NCBI RefSeq assembly: GCF_036588685.1
Contig: NC_086373.1
Location: forward strand, 40,920,001-40,984,000
Reading direction: 5' to 3'
Source: Mytilus trossulus
Taxonomy: Eukaryota
Length of the DNA: 64,000 nucleotides
The position numbers and the translations under genes were made by a program. The notes below the pieces were generated by a model. That model ran no database searches, was not told the origin of the DNA, and saw nothing but the letters and a program-made list of their open reading frames with translations. Shown here piece by piece: positions 37,601-50,830 of this stretch. The first letter of the stretch is position 1; each line of letters starts with the position of its first letter.

Positions 37601-37874
37601 CCAAAGGGTTATAATCGGGAAAATTATGTACATTACCAAGTAATAAATAAAATAGTCGAGCTTTAAAATCACTATTCAAATAGAAGCTGTAAATATATAC
37701 TTTCAACTGGCTTTTTCTATTCACAATCAATTATTTCAATTCAAAAGCAAACACAAATTCAGCAAGCATCTTTTGGTTACCCGGCAGTCATCGGTCTTAG
37801 GTTCATGTATTGTTTTTCTTTTTTTTAAAGAAATCAACTTGTTTAATACTTGATGATTTCATTGATGTCGCCAT
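34633..37874 (-). pseudogene. B-box/NHL paralog 2, pseudogene split by a 2.1-kb insertion
   Basis: 5' piece MATSMKSSSIK at 37874-37842; body resumes AQVPVSCYFCKGQEIKWKC at 35705. Four in-frame stops (35005, ~34981, ~34927, ~34780) and 3' frameshifts precede ..EDSVM* at 34633. Confidence 0.9.
35706..37841 (+). mobile_element. 2.1-kb insertion, possibly rolling-circle (Helitron/Helentron-like)
   Basis: Boundaries are fixed by the interrupted gene. Inserted in a T-run with no TSD; 3' end has hairpin TTTCTTT..AAAGAAA then CTTGT. Classification is tentative. Confidence 0.5.
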
Positions 37875-40731
37875 TACTGTATACAAGTGAAAAACACATT
37901 GATCACGTGTATTACTTTCTTGTACGTTGTTTCTCGGTAAGTTGTGTCAAAGGTTAGTACTTGAGTAACTTGTAATAGAATTTCCTTTCACGGCGTAAAG
38001 ATATATTCATATAGATATACATATAGATATACACATGGGTGGACACAGACTTGTGTTGTCTGAGGGGCGAATTTTGTTAATGACTTGTGCGTAGCCGGAT
38101 TTTAGTGCAACAAGCAGGCATCTTTGACACTGCAAAATCTAAAACTGTGCAGTGTTGTCTGGTTTGCGAATGTGAATACTGTTTTACGTAAAGGATATAA
38201 GCCGATAACAGTTCATTCTGTAAAATATTGGACAGAGGCTTATATCTTACTTAAAAAATTGTTTAACATGTCAAAGAAGATGACAAAGCAAACAAACACA
38301 AACTTTTGTAAATATTTATTTCCATCAAGTGTGTAAATTATTACTTTTATAAGTAACTTTTGTAAATATTGTATATATAATTTGTAGGTGTCCATTCAAA
38401 CATGTTTTACTAGCTGTAACAAATTTTCACAGACATCTGGTTATATTTCCCATGAAATACAAAATCTCATCTTCCTGAAAAACTAATTTCTGACGCACTT
38501 ATCTTTCATATCGACGCTTCTGGATCAAATATTAGTCTCTTGGGAATATTAAAATATCAATTTTCTTGAAACTCTTTAGGTAGACAAATATAAATAGATA
38601 GAAACTTGTGATCAAATTAAGACTTGAAGTTACTTATATTTTGTAACCCAAAACAATAACTGATGTTGCTTAAATAATTGTAATTACTCATTCTTTCAAA
38701 GATGTAGAAAATAACTTAAACCAGTAATATTTGTCTAATTATTTTTTAAAGTAACCTTGTATGTCTATACTCCTTTCAAATTTGACAAATTCTTAATTTT
38801 ATGCGATAAAATTATGTACAATTTGATATAAAATACAATTAGTCAATGCTTCTATTGAAATTCAAGATAACTCTTTCATTTTTAAAAACAAAAGTTACCT
38901 AGGTAAGTAACTAAAAACACTTGTTTTAGTAACGACTCTGACTTAAACATGTAAAACAATAGAAACAAATAAAGTACGGTTGAAGGTAAACAGTATGTAC
39001 AACTACATGTAATTGAAAACAATGCATCTGCATCATGCTTTTCGTGTTTGCTATGGCTATATTATATATTTTCCACGAATACTTTCACATGCAATCGGTG
39101 TCTCAAAATGGATAAAGACGATGAAAGAAAATTCCTTCATGCAAATTTTTTCCGACAAGAAGATAGCGATGTCGAAAATGGTATTGTGTTGTGTCAAAAT
39201 TTGGATTAAAATCAAATCGGTGTTCAGATATATCAGATTTCAGTAGGGATAACGAGTAGGATTTAGTTATAGCAGCTAATACTTGCAAGTTTTATATATG
39301 ATATTTAAAAGAAATAGTCCTGTCCTATTACTTCCTCATTCCTTTTTGTGTTCTTTTTCTTTTTATGCGAATTAGAAAAAATGTCCCTCGATATCCCTTT
39401 GCAAATTATAATGCTTTCTTTTTCTTTCTTTCAAAACGAGTCGGTGTAAGTGTACATATCCTTGTCTCTGTGCTTGATGTATAACTATTGTATGCCATCA
39501 ATTTTACTTTTGAGATCTTTACTAAAGTGAAGTGTTTGAAACTGTTTATAAATAGAAACAAAAATAATTCGTATTTTGACGTTATATATAGTAAAAATGC
39601 TTTTATTACAAACTCCAAATTTTAATCAATTCAATGCAGGAAAGGGTTTTATGTTCAAATTTTATAACACAACTACAAACTGTTTAAAAACTTATTTAAC
39701 AAACATATGATTATAGGCGAGTGACATTCAGACCTAAAAAATATGTTTAATGCACCTATCTAACACACAGCTATATTATTTATCATTCGAAAGGAAAACA
39801 TGTGTAGATTTCATTTTTCCCGGTCGTAAAAGTGAAATATGGTGCATTTTTTTTTAAATTGGGATCAAAGGTCATTCAGAAAAAAATGAAAGAATAACAC
39901 TTTTGTAGTATTATTGTCTTATTTGAAGCAGCTGGTAATATATATAATTCAAATTTTCCTTTACACGATACTATGATAACGTCTCTCTGATTCTTAGTTG
40001 TATAGTTCATGATTTGGCGATAATTGACGTCATTTTGACGTTTTCACTCTGCTATAGGTAAAACGGTACTTTCTACAAAAACGACGTATAATAACAAATA
40101 TTTGATCTTAAATGTGTTAAAATTTACTTTAATTGATGGTGTGTCATTCAACATAAAAAAATATGATGAAATATTTGTACGTTGGACGAGTAAAAGGGAG
40201 AGAAAACAATGCAATAAAGAGAGTAAAAAGTAGACGTCGTTGTCCCATCAACAGTGACAATAGTCTCCTGTTTGTTAACAGCCTACAAACCGTGTCAAGA
40301 TCGGAAATCACTATGATCTTAAATGTTTAATACAACCACAAGCAAAGTTAAAGAGGATATATGAATTACATTTTAAGTCTGTCCGTCCGTCAGTCCCCAC
40401 TTGTTTGCGGTCCGTGTCGAATTAAATCAGGTAACATATACATGTATACATATATACAGTTCATTCAAAACCAATGATTTCAAATATAAAATGCATTGCT
40501 TTGAACTATAGAGCTGATGTTAAACACACTAAGTTCAGAGATGTATTATGGGATGGCACGTGGTTCTTCATAAATCAAATCAGTTCATTTTGACTTTGAC
40601 ATTGACATTTGAGCCGTCAAGTTTTCAAACATTGTTTGATTCGTGCTGTCTGGTTTGAGTCCGGTCCATATCCTTTGAACCGCTGAACCTTGAATTTCCA
40701 AACTATTGTTATGTGTTTACTTTTCTACATT

Positions 40732-40826
40732 GGTTAGAGGTATATATAGGGGGAGGGTTGAGATCTCACAAACATGTTTAACCCCGCCGCACTTTTGCGC
40801 CTGTCCCAAGTCAGGAGCCTCTGGCC
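40732..40826 (+). ncRNA. Candidate twister ribozyme, type P5 permutation, inside a dispersed repeat (40705-41060)
   Basis: P5 GGUUAGAGG/CCUCUGGCC; GGGG-GA-GGG; U|AA-CCCC-GCC; P3 GCA/UGC; P4 CCUG/CAGG with loop UCCCAAGU. Core matches the twister pattern UAAC..GCC..GCCGGUCCCAAGCCCGG..GGAGGG; P1 is atypical. Confidence 0.65.
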
Positions 40827-41185
40827 TTTGTTAGTCTTGTATTATTTTAATTTTAGTTTCTTGTGTACAATTTGGATATTAGTATGGCGTTCATTATCAC
40901 TGGACTAGTATATATTTGTTTAGGGGCCAGCTGAAGGACGCCTCCGGGTGCGGTAATTTCTCGCTACATTGAAGACCTGTTGGTGACCTTCTGCTGTTGT
41001 TTTTTATTTGGTCGGGTTGTTGTCTCTTTGACACATTCCCCATTTCCATTCTTAATTTTAAATACATCATATAATAGGGGATGGTCATAAACTAAAATCA
41101 GGTCACTGTGATATGGATTAAATCATAATGGAATCCTGCCCGCGACATATATAGCTGCAAAACTAAGGTTTACCAAACTTCAGAT

Positions 41186-41302
41186 ACAGAAGTCGGTTTC
41201 ACAGAAAAACTTAAGACAAGATTAATCGTCAGTAAACTGAACTGTTCATGACTTACGACCAGCTTTAGTCGTAAGATGTGTTGTGAAACTGTCTGACCCC
41301 AG
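41186..41302. mobile_element. Short degenerate Harbinger-like MITE
   Basis: Imperfect ends GTCGGTTTCACA / TGTGAAACTGTCTGAC, CAG on both flanks, internal CTTACGAC/GTCGTAAG inverted motif. Confidence 0.35.
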
Positions 41303-42763
41303 ATGCAAAATTAGAATGCGGTGATTTACAAACTAAAGTTAGGTCCCACGGTGACCTTTATTTTGACATTTGGGGTTATATACTTTACAAACACCTCTTA
41401 ACGTATTTTTTTTATTACGACTACATTTATTTTCACTCACATTTGTGCAGTCAAAAGGTTTGCAGTTAAAAATGCAAGCATTAATTTCTTACCAGTATTC
41501 AAAACTTAGATATATAGATATTTATCAACTAATATGAATTTGCGGGATTTAGTTCGGCTAAACCTATATACAGTTTTTTGTCATTCTGGAGGAGTTTCTG
41601 TGAATTATCTATTTCTTTACAAGAAACGAAATAAATCTAATTTATTACAAATAATGCAATTTTCAATTTTGTGATTTTTAACAATATAAGACAGTCGAAA
41701 TTCATATTTTAAAACTGAGCTTGTGAAGCTTTTGTTTTACTGGAACAATTCCTGATACTTCGCTGTTATTGACATAATTCTGTGTAACAGAGGCATAAAA
41801 TGATTTCAGTACATGCACAAGTTCCCAAATGCATATATTTTTCCTTCACAAGAACAAATTTATCAAATCCTGAGTATGACGTATTAATACCACTTTTGTC
41901 ATCCGTACTCATACTTGGGTAAACCTACTGCCGTATTTGTTTGTTATGACGCTATGTCTTTGTTTGCTAGCTTTCAGAACATGTAGTTTGAATGATGATG
42001 CACTTGGTGGTAGGCGTGACACGATGGCAATCTTTTTGGTTGGAAGTCTGATATGTAGCTTGCTCAAATCGTCTTGATTAGACTTATACATACTTATTTT
42101 GGGTTTCGGACACTTTACAGTTTTCTTGCAATTTGTGATAGACCCACCATCTATCGATGATTTCGAAAGCGTTAAAAGAGTTTTCTTAGGAACAAAGATA
42201 GATGATGAGCTGTTAGAAACTGTAAGAGCATGAACTGCTGGTAAAGGTACATATATTTAATAAAAAAAAAAAACTATACACGCACAATAAACATGGTGCA
42301 TCGCCAACCATAATTCCCACTGGTTATAGAACTCGTAAACGGCACACAGTTGTTCCATGTCTAGAATACAACGAAGTGTCAGGTCATCGTCGACCCTCTG
42401 AAATTACTCCTCTTAAATTGTTAATCCGTATGTAGAATAAGAAGCCTGAAGCTATATCATATTATAAGCCCGGTACCTTTGATAAGTATGATTAAAAGGA
42501 CACTTTGATCTCTGTATACCAGGGACTTAATGCTTTGAGGTAAACAACTATACATGTATCTTATCGTATGGCCTAAAATAAGAAGCAATAGCCAACACTG
42601 TATAATAAGCTATAAAGGTTCTAAAACAATTTTGTTTAGATACCCAAAAGCTTGATTCATGCTCAAAACTACAAACAAAAGCAAAAATCATAAAAAGCAA
42701 CTAACGACAACCATAATGAATAACAAATGAATTTGAAAGAAATCAGGCATGTGATCGATTGTT

Positions 42764-42812
42764 TACGTTAGACACGCGTTTCGTCTACATAAGACTCATC
42801 AGTGACGCTCGA
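42764..42812 (-). ncRNA. Minimal type I hammerhead ribozyme motif, best-preserved copy in the window
   Basis: Minus strand CUGAUGA-GUCU(UAUGU)AGAC-GAAA-CG..CG-UA with all core nucleotides and a GUA triplet. Sequence to ~42940 resembles the 13125-13480 unit body. Confidence 0.7.
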
Positions 42813-44763
42813 ACAAAATTAAACTTCGAAGAAAATTTAAAAACACGTAATCTTATTTAAAATACGGCTTAGGTAATATATACGCCTGAGGTAGAACATT
42901 TATTGTATTTCAAATATCTACGAAGAATTCAAAATTTGTCAACTGAATGAATAGATATCCCCACATATTAAAGTTTTTATAGCATGTAAACATACAGGCT
43001 CTTGACGTGGCCTTAGCACATACACCATGCTTCCTCTAAAATACTGATCAAATTTGCCCCATCAATAAGTCTACCGTATGCGATGGTTAAAACGGTAGGA
43101 AATTTAAAAGGTGGACATATCTCACGTTTAAGTTCATGGGGGAAAATATCAGATTTGACACATTTTTGCGTACTTTTAGTGGCAAAACTAAAATGTGCAT
43201 TGATCCAATTGATAAAGAAGTATGTTTAAAAAGTTATTCATAATATCTGCCTTTTGTAAGTGTAAATTGACTAAGAATAATAAGATATTGGTTTTCTACC
43301 AAGAAAAAACGTTGACATCTCAGCTTCTATGGTCCTTTGATTTTTGATTTTTTTTTATACTTTGCGTAATATTTGTACCAACAAAATTGCCTTTATGGTT
43401 ATTCATACTCTTTTCGAAGCGTTTAGGTCCGTTAACTTGAGGGAAATTTACAGAGAAAGCGATTTCGGAAACTTGATTAAAAAGGGGGAGTGTGTAATAG
43501 TGTATAAAATCCAGAATAATAGTGATAACGATATGTTTTAAACAAGTAATGAACTTTTGAATAATACGAACTTCATTAAATTGGGTTTCAAGCCGAAAAT
43601 ATCTAAGAAATGAACAAAAATATGAAAATTGGCACGATTTTTATTTTAAAAAATCAAAAAATGTTACAAAAATCTGTTTTTTTCGCAAAAATTACTTCTT
43701 GTATTTTTGAAAAGTATTTTTTTTTATACATTGACATGTTAAACGTAAATATTTTTCGATTGTGACAACAGAAAATATAAAGCTACATGTTAATTTTTCA
43801 CGCTTCAACACTGTTGGTCATTTTTAAATTGGAAGTATTTCTCGATTTTAATTCATTTTTTACAAAAATTGCACCGTACGATTTTTTTTACGACCGACCA
43901 AAAAAGGAAGTTCAGATATTATACTATAACATATAAAAAATTCAGCTGTGTGTTAGGTGGGTGCATTAAAGTCACTAACTAAGCGTCTTTTCTGAAAATG
44001 TCACTCGCCTATTAAATCTAGCACCTACATTATCTTATTTCAAGATACTGATAACATCGGTTCAATAAAAAAGGATAACTACGAATAAAGTGCGAATCGT
44101 AAAATTGATTGGTTTCCTCAACCATTTGTAATGTGTTCTTTTTTTCTGTTTCTTATAAACATCGTAGTTGATTTGTGAAGTTTTGCATTATATTCCTATA
44201 CAGACAATAAAATCAGTTTTTTGAAACAAAAGACTTTCAAATTAACGCCGACACCTGAAAATTATAAAAACTGTTGTAGCCCCCCTAGTTCATGAATCAA
44301 TTTATCGATTTGCACTTTGTACACAGGTCTCTTAAGCGTTAGAAGCATTCTTTTATTTTTTCGTTTTCATTGAAGTTTTAAATGTTGTTCGGAAGAATGA
44401 GAGCAACACAATGGTCTGTTTTTATATCCAGAAGACGGACAAGGATATCAAAAATCATGTCAAAATAGACATACCTAAACGCAGCAAAAAAAAACTTACA
44501 ATGATCATTGTCAACCGATATAGTGCGGCCTAAGGAGACAACCTAAAACATGAGGGAAGTGGTTGTCAAAAAAGCATAGAAACTGGCAGTGTTAGTATCG
44601 ATTTGAGAGGTTTTCTCCCGGAAACCGTTTTGAGTGACGAAATTATTTTATTGGAAGGTGACTCAATAAAAGTTGTTTTTGTGAAAATATCATCTGTTCT
44701 ATCGTTGTAAATATTTTTGAAAATGCAGAAACTAATTGTGTAAATTAATGGATTTTTCATTCC

Positions 44764-44896
44764 TTGGACTATCATTCACTTGTAAGAATCAATTATGCTA
44801 CCTTCAGCTGTCCAATATTTTTAAGAAATAGGAGGGTTATAAATATTGGACAGTTAAAGGTAACATAATGGTTTCTTACAGGTAATGATAGTCCAA
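44764..44896. repeat. ~133-bp imperfect palindrome (fold-back)
   Basis: ~60-bp arms TTGGACTATCATT..CTGTCCAATATTT / AAATATTGGACAG..AATGATAGTCCAA. Confidence 0.8.
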
Positions 44897-45989
44897 TCAC
44901 TAAAATAAAAGCCGAGTACAACAATAGAATGACGTCACAACTATTTTTGGAACTTGAAATAGTAATACAGAAACTTCAGGAAGTCACAAAACATTATCAA
45001 TGAAGGAAAACTCTCCCGAGAACCACTTGAAATTAACCATGACTGATGTGGTTCTGCAAGTATGTTGTATATTCCCAAGACCAAACTGAAATTTAACGGA
45101 TTGAAATAAAAAAAAAAATGAACGATTTCTGAAAATATGAATTTAATGCAAGAGTGTCAATACTTCAGATTATCATAGATTTTTTTTAATAGTGATACTG
45201 AAAATGCATTGAATGACTTTAGCGTATCTTTGGTCTTGCGAGTTTAACACAATTTTCACTGTTTAAAAAAGCGATCATTTGCAATGGACCTCATTTGCAG
45301 GCCTTTTATTTGGTATTTTATTTCATCCTGTCTGGACTCCTAATGTTAAGCTTTAATTTTAGATTTACATATGTCTAAAGATACTGATAAAAAACCTACA
45401 AAAATATAACATTTTACCATTGTAGTTCGTATATTTACAATATAATGTCTGTACAGATTTAAGGTAATATAGTTTAATTTAATACTGGTTTTATAACTTA
45501 AAGAAGTTTCAAAATGCCTAAACAGGAAAAATGTTTAAGCATGAAACTAGCATTTTTAGAGCCTCAAATAATGAAAATATAGAACTAATGAACATGTTGA
45601 AACATATTTTTTGATTATTATAAACTAACATATTCCTTTGAAAAAAAGGAAACCAGTACATTTCTTCACCCCTATCATGACTAACCCAAATGTAAAGAAA
45701 TCAACAAGAACAGTATGTAACATAATGTGTTTCTAAAAATAATAGACCAAAAACAAATTCGGACAAATACAGGATTCAAGAAACTATTTCACAAAACTAA
45801 ATTTAAAATATTTTCAAAATAATTTTTCTGAAAGATGTATTGAAAGACCAAACATTTTGATAATTTGCCTATTATCAATCCATTTTTGTCGAATAAAAGT
45901 GTGAAATCTAACAATTTAATTATTATTATTATAACTATATAACACTGTGTGAAGATGGATAGATACTAAATGTTCCACCCAAGGTATGA

Positions 45990-47310
45990 TATTTATTTAT
46001 ACATATAGACAGTAATATTGGTAATGATGCAGTTGTAGTGGATGAACAACATCCATGTATATGTATGATAAATAAAAAGAATTTATAAACGGAAGATCTC
46101 ATATTCAAACCTGCCAGTGAAGAATTTGTAATTAAAACAAATAAACAAGGTAAAGACTGAAAAGACTACAGGATATGATGATTTATCAAGCTGGCAAAGC
46201 CTATGATTGTAACACCAATAAAGAAATAATTAATAAATTTATTGAGTTGGCAATGTTTCTTGAAAGCTAAAAAGGTGCATAGGTCAAACACTATTTTGAA
46301 GAAAAATAATATACTGGAGAAGTGAACCAGTGAACCGCCTTCTATTTAATTTATTTTTCAAATCTAGTCAATCGATAATTTTTGTTCAGTTAACTGAGTT
46401 GTGGTGTACCATTTTAATCCTTTTTTACGCCATTTAGAGCTGGTTTCGGATGTCAAACTGGATAACTGAAAATAAGTGGAGACTTGAAAAAGACATTGGA
46501 TGAAAATAAATGTGTATTTTTTATTTTAATTGATTGATCAAAAGCTATCGTACTGTGCCATATAATTTACTTTTATCGAAATAGCAAGCTTAATAATGGT
46601 CTGTCACAAAAATCTATTTCTTTATAAAAAATAATATAGTTATCTAGCAGAACATAGTGTTTCAAAAGTAATAATATCTGAAGTATATTGGAAACTTTGT
46701 ATGAAGGAGTGCCACAAGGATCAATATTACATCCTGTACTTTTTGTCAACGATACGTTTATTTTGTACACAATAGTACTATGCAAAAATATGAAGATGAT
46801 AGTACTCTTATTCCATGATATTGAAAAATTTAATGTAGTTAGACATTTGAAGAGGGATATAAAATGCTGGATTGGTTTGAAAACAATTTAATGCAGATAA
46901 ATTCAAGACTTTGGCTTCCGAAAATCAAACTTTTAATCATGTTATTGTATGGAAGTAAGGTAGAATATGAAAAAGATGTGAAATTACTTGGTGTGAAAGT
47001 AGACTATAAATAAACTTTTGATGAACGCCTGTCAGAAATTTGTTAAAAAAAACATCAAGACAGCTTAATTTACTAAAAAGGATTGAATAATACCTTAAAA
47101 AATATATATATATTAACTATATAATCATGATGAAACTCATTTGTATTATCCAATTTAAATTATTGTCCAATTTCATGGGACTTCTACAGTGTAAAATAAT
47201 TCAGCTGGGACAGAGAAAATACAAGAACGACTAATAAGATTTATATGTAATGATTATAATGTATCATATACAGAACTGCAAGAAAAAACAAAATTGCCTT
47301 TATTGAGGTA
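45990..47310 (+). mobile_element. Heavily decayed LINE reverse transcriptase (CR1/L2 group)
   Basis: Ordered motif relics LDENKCV..ID*SKA, GVPQGSILHPVLF..ND, KLLGVKVD, SNLNYCPISW and KIQER, across many stops and frameshifts. Confidence 0.75.
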
Positions 47311-48056
47311 AACAGAATGTTTTTGTATTTAGCTTTAACAACAAGTTGTAGCGGTTTGGCCTCATTACAAATTTCTAAGAGAGCTCTTATTTGTAGTCCG
47401 TTGGAAATATGCGACATGCAGGTATTCGGTTAAGCTGTTGATAAATGATGAATCGGAAAACGCCTGATACCGAATTTCAAGTAGATCCTAAGTTGTAGTT
47501 CCCTTGAAAAATGAGACAATTATTTAATATATCTTCATCAGGAAGTGAACGAGCGACGAATCTAAAGACGAATTACACGGTATAACATGTTGACATGAAG
47601 CGGATTATCCCATTCAACAAATTTCAAGAACTTTTTTTTAAATTTAGTCCTTTTTATTAGCAGTTAAGTACGAATTCAGGATTTGGCCAGTTTTACGAAT
47701 AATTTCACTAGAGAATGTAGTATAAAAGTCCACTTCATTGAGCTCAGTTCATTTTCAGTCAAATGCATTCTGTGTGAAATTAAGATTTGAAAACATACAA
47801 TCCATAATTGCATATTAATTGGTAGGTCAGGTGGTTGAAAATTGGAATACAAATCTCATTTAATGTCTGTTAATGATTATTAAAGTTTTATTCCATTGAA
47901 CGTGTTTTCCAACATGTTCAAGACAACCAAATAAAAGAAAACATTAAATAGACCAAACAGCTGATACCTACAATATGATCCCAGTTATTTTTGAAACACA
48001 TTTAAACCATCTATACTGCATACTGAATTGTACAAAATACAATTGGTCATTCATTT

Positions 48057-48512
48057 GGTCCGAGACCACAATTAATTCGCAGTGCATTTCTATTAGAACA
48101 TAAATGAAAATTAAAAAATTCCCACTTGCGCTTTCTCAATGAAATTTTTACAGTGTGTTGTACTACTTTTGGGACAAGTTATATCAAGACAACCAAAATT
48201 ATAGAAAACTTCATCGTCTCTAACTCAAAATATGGACAATTTTGTATTTAGGGTTTCTTGAAATCTTTTGACAGCTTCCGAAGTGCTAATTTTTAACCTT
48301 TTTCAGCTGGACCAAATCACTACTTTCCTGTAAAATTCTGGACCCAAAATCTTTTACAGTGTTATTTCACCCCCCTACTTACAATTTTAGGCATTAAACA
48401 TGGAGAAATAAATTTGGAAGGGGTATAAAAATTAATGGTATCCCACTGTTAACACTAGGGACTATATTCGTGAACAACGAAAATCAAGGGACGACAATTG
48501 TGGTCTCGGACC
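48057..48512. mobile_element. MITE, Sola1-like
   Basis: Perfect TIR GGTCCGAGACCACAATT / AATTGTGGTCTCGGACC; 4-bp TSD ATTT (48053-48056, 48513-48516) fits AWWT. Confidence 0.75.
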
Positions 48513-50464
48513 ATTTATACATGTATTTATGTAAAGGGACGGAACACACAAGGCATAACAGACTTCTTAAACTATCTTACATTGTTTCACTTTTATCTTT
48601 TTTGTTAAAACTAAATTTGTGTTAATGGTAATGACATTAATGCTGTTTTTATACCACATTTTAAAAACCCTTTTTCATTAGCACCTTAGTTCATTATTTA
48701 TAACTTTCCCGACATCATAACAATTTAGAACAAAAATATATCTGCAATACTTTCATTTCAAATTTAGGCAACTACTATGATCTACTATAGTCTCATGTTT
48801 CTTATTTCTTTTTATCTTAACAATTTATCGTAATTGACTTCTCCTAGAAATAAAAAATCATGAACAAATAAATTGGATCTACCATTTTATTAAAATTTAA
48901 TTTTGAATTTATTGTTTTTTCTCTTATATACCATCAACCTGGCCGTAGGTGTTTAGACAGAAACAATTCCAAAGAAAGAATCCAAACTGCAAAGGAAAGA
49001 AGACTGTATGCATATATTAGCTGAACTAGCCCGACGGGTCATGCAAGGTATTGTCATCACTTTTCTTTCATCGAATGTACACTTTTCACATTTGAATCTT
49101 TTGCAAAACTGTTCTTGCCAAATAGAACCATACGTAGCAGGGATCTTCATATTTTCAGGTACTTTACAAAGTTTTATATCTTTTTTTTTTTCGTAAATCT
49201 GAATTTTAAAATGGCTACATGGGCAAAAGATGTATTCTGATTACTTGAATTACAAGGGTCTTCTAAGAGGCTCTTGTCATACTGATATAAAATATTGTGG
49301 GAATGATCTATAGATTTATTTTATAATTAAGAGTTATTAATATTCCTTTCAATCCAAATTTCAGATGACAACCACCATTGAACAAAATTAACATACAACT
49401 ATGAGAAAAAAATATCTCACAGTTAAACGAAATTTTGCACTAATGATACTGGAATGATCATATAATGTACTTACCGAACCGAAATCAGAAATCACCAACA
49501 CGGTAGAATATAATATAACATACGAGAACATATGCATAAGGCTTCGGAGAAAATCTTACTCATAAAAACAAAGCCATGCTAACCAGATATTGATTAAATG
49601 ATATTGGTTAATTTTGAGGTTTTGCTACTAATTATAAATAAAGGTTGTTGTCATCGTTCAACACGAAAAATAGGAACAATCGAGAAAGGCATAGAAAAGC
49701 TCAGAAAAGATATGATGGGCACGACCATGCATAAACTATATAGAGAAACACTGTCAGACATACTTACACTAATTACACAATTACTGTCCACACTGATTTG
49801 TGTCCACACTTCTTCTATTAAGGTCAAATAATCTTTGTTTGAAAAAACATACCGCGAAACACTGTTCTTGTCATTTGCACCTTAACAGTAAGACGTCGTA
49901 AGACTGATTCTGGTTTCAATTACCAATATAAGATTTTTTTCGATCTTCTTTTACGCTTTATAATGGAATCATATTGAACAAAAAGAATACCTTAGAGTGA
50001 AACATACAAGTGTTTTATATACTGTTGAAGAAATCACAATTACCCGTGGTTGGGTGGGGTGGGGAGTGGTTGATAGTCCATTGTGACCCATCAAAGTCTT
50101 CATTGTCCTTACAAATAGTAAATTTCGTAAAATATTGCAGAAAAGGCCAGTCAATAAGCAGAAGGGTTTTCAAATACCATCATTTCAAAAATAAAGCAAT
50201 GTACCCTAGATGTTCTTCTGCTAGCATTGAGATATTGGTGCATATATTGTGGGAGTGGTCCATACATGTAAATTTCGCAAAAAATATTGCAGGATAGGCC
50301 GGCCAAATTAACGTTTTTTCCGTATCGTCCTTTACAACTTCGGTCATTAGTTCAAGCGAGAAATATATAACAGGATCCAACTGTAAAAGAATAAATTATT
50401 TTGAACGCCAACAAATCCTAAACGGAAATTAAGGGCTGTTTTATCCCGCTTGAGCAAAAATTTA

Positions 50465-50830
50465 AATGTCTGTTTATTTCAGAAGTTATTGTTTTGAAAG
50501 ACTATAAGCATAATAATTTTTTAAACGAACTTGGAGACGTTTTAGCAATTGTTCGACTTCGCGTTTGTTCAAATGATCTTGAGCAAATAGAGAGTCATTT
50601 GAACTAAAACTTTCTGAATATGTATGAAAATGTAATATTGAGAATTTGTACGTTGTTTGAATACTTTCTTATTCAAAGATAAAGCGCGATATGACTACAA
50701 AGTTAACATGGAAGTTGGAAAACGGAAGAAAGTTTCTAGGAATTCTATGGACATTGTGCAAATGAAATTTGGCTCCAAGTTGGTATATGTTTACCCGTTA
50801 TATTGATATTACTAGTAGCATTAACTTCTC
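50465..50830 (+). pseudogene. TLR relic (last LRRs, LRRCT, start of TM), paralogous to 18208-20712
   Basis: TCATTTGAACTAAAACTTTCTG aligns to TCATTTCAACTGAAACTTTCTG (~19937). EFYGHCANEIWLQVGICL at ~50741-50794 matches ELYGHCANEMWLRVGICL. Many indels. Confidence 0.8.

Larger units (their letters stand above)
39714..44011 (-). mobile_element. Degenerate Academ (AcademX-like) DNA transposon with nested insertions
   Basis: TIR TAGGCGAGTGACATT / AATGTCACTCGCCTA extends imperfectly for ~150 bp (TTTAATGCACC..CTAACACACAGCT); 3-bp TSD TTA (39711-39713, 44012-44014). Internal minus-strand relics PDT.., PAVHALTVSNSSSSIF (decayed HALTGCD) and RLPPSASSFKLHVLKAS at 41900-42400 resemble the XPG-like domain. 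Confidence 0.7.

Noticed and set aside
35706-37841. Insertion in paralog 2 as a spliceable intron
   Set aside because: The nearest GT and AG on the gene strand give incompatible phases, the paralogs are intronless, and downstream stops kill the frame anyway.
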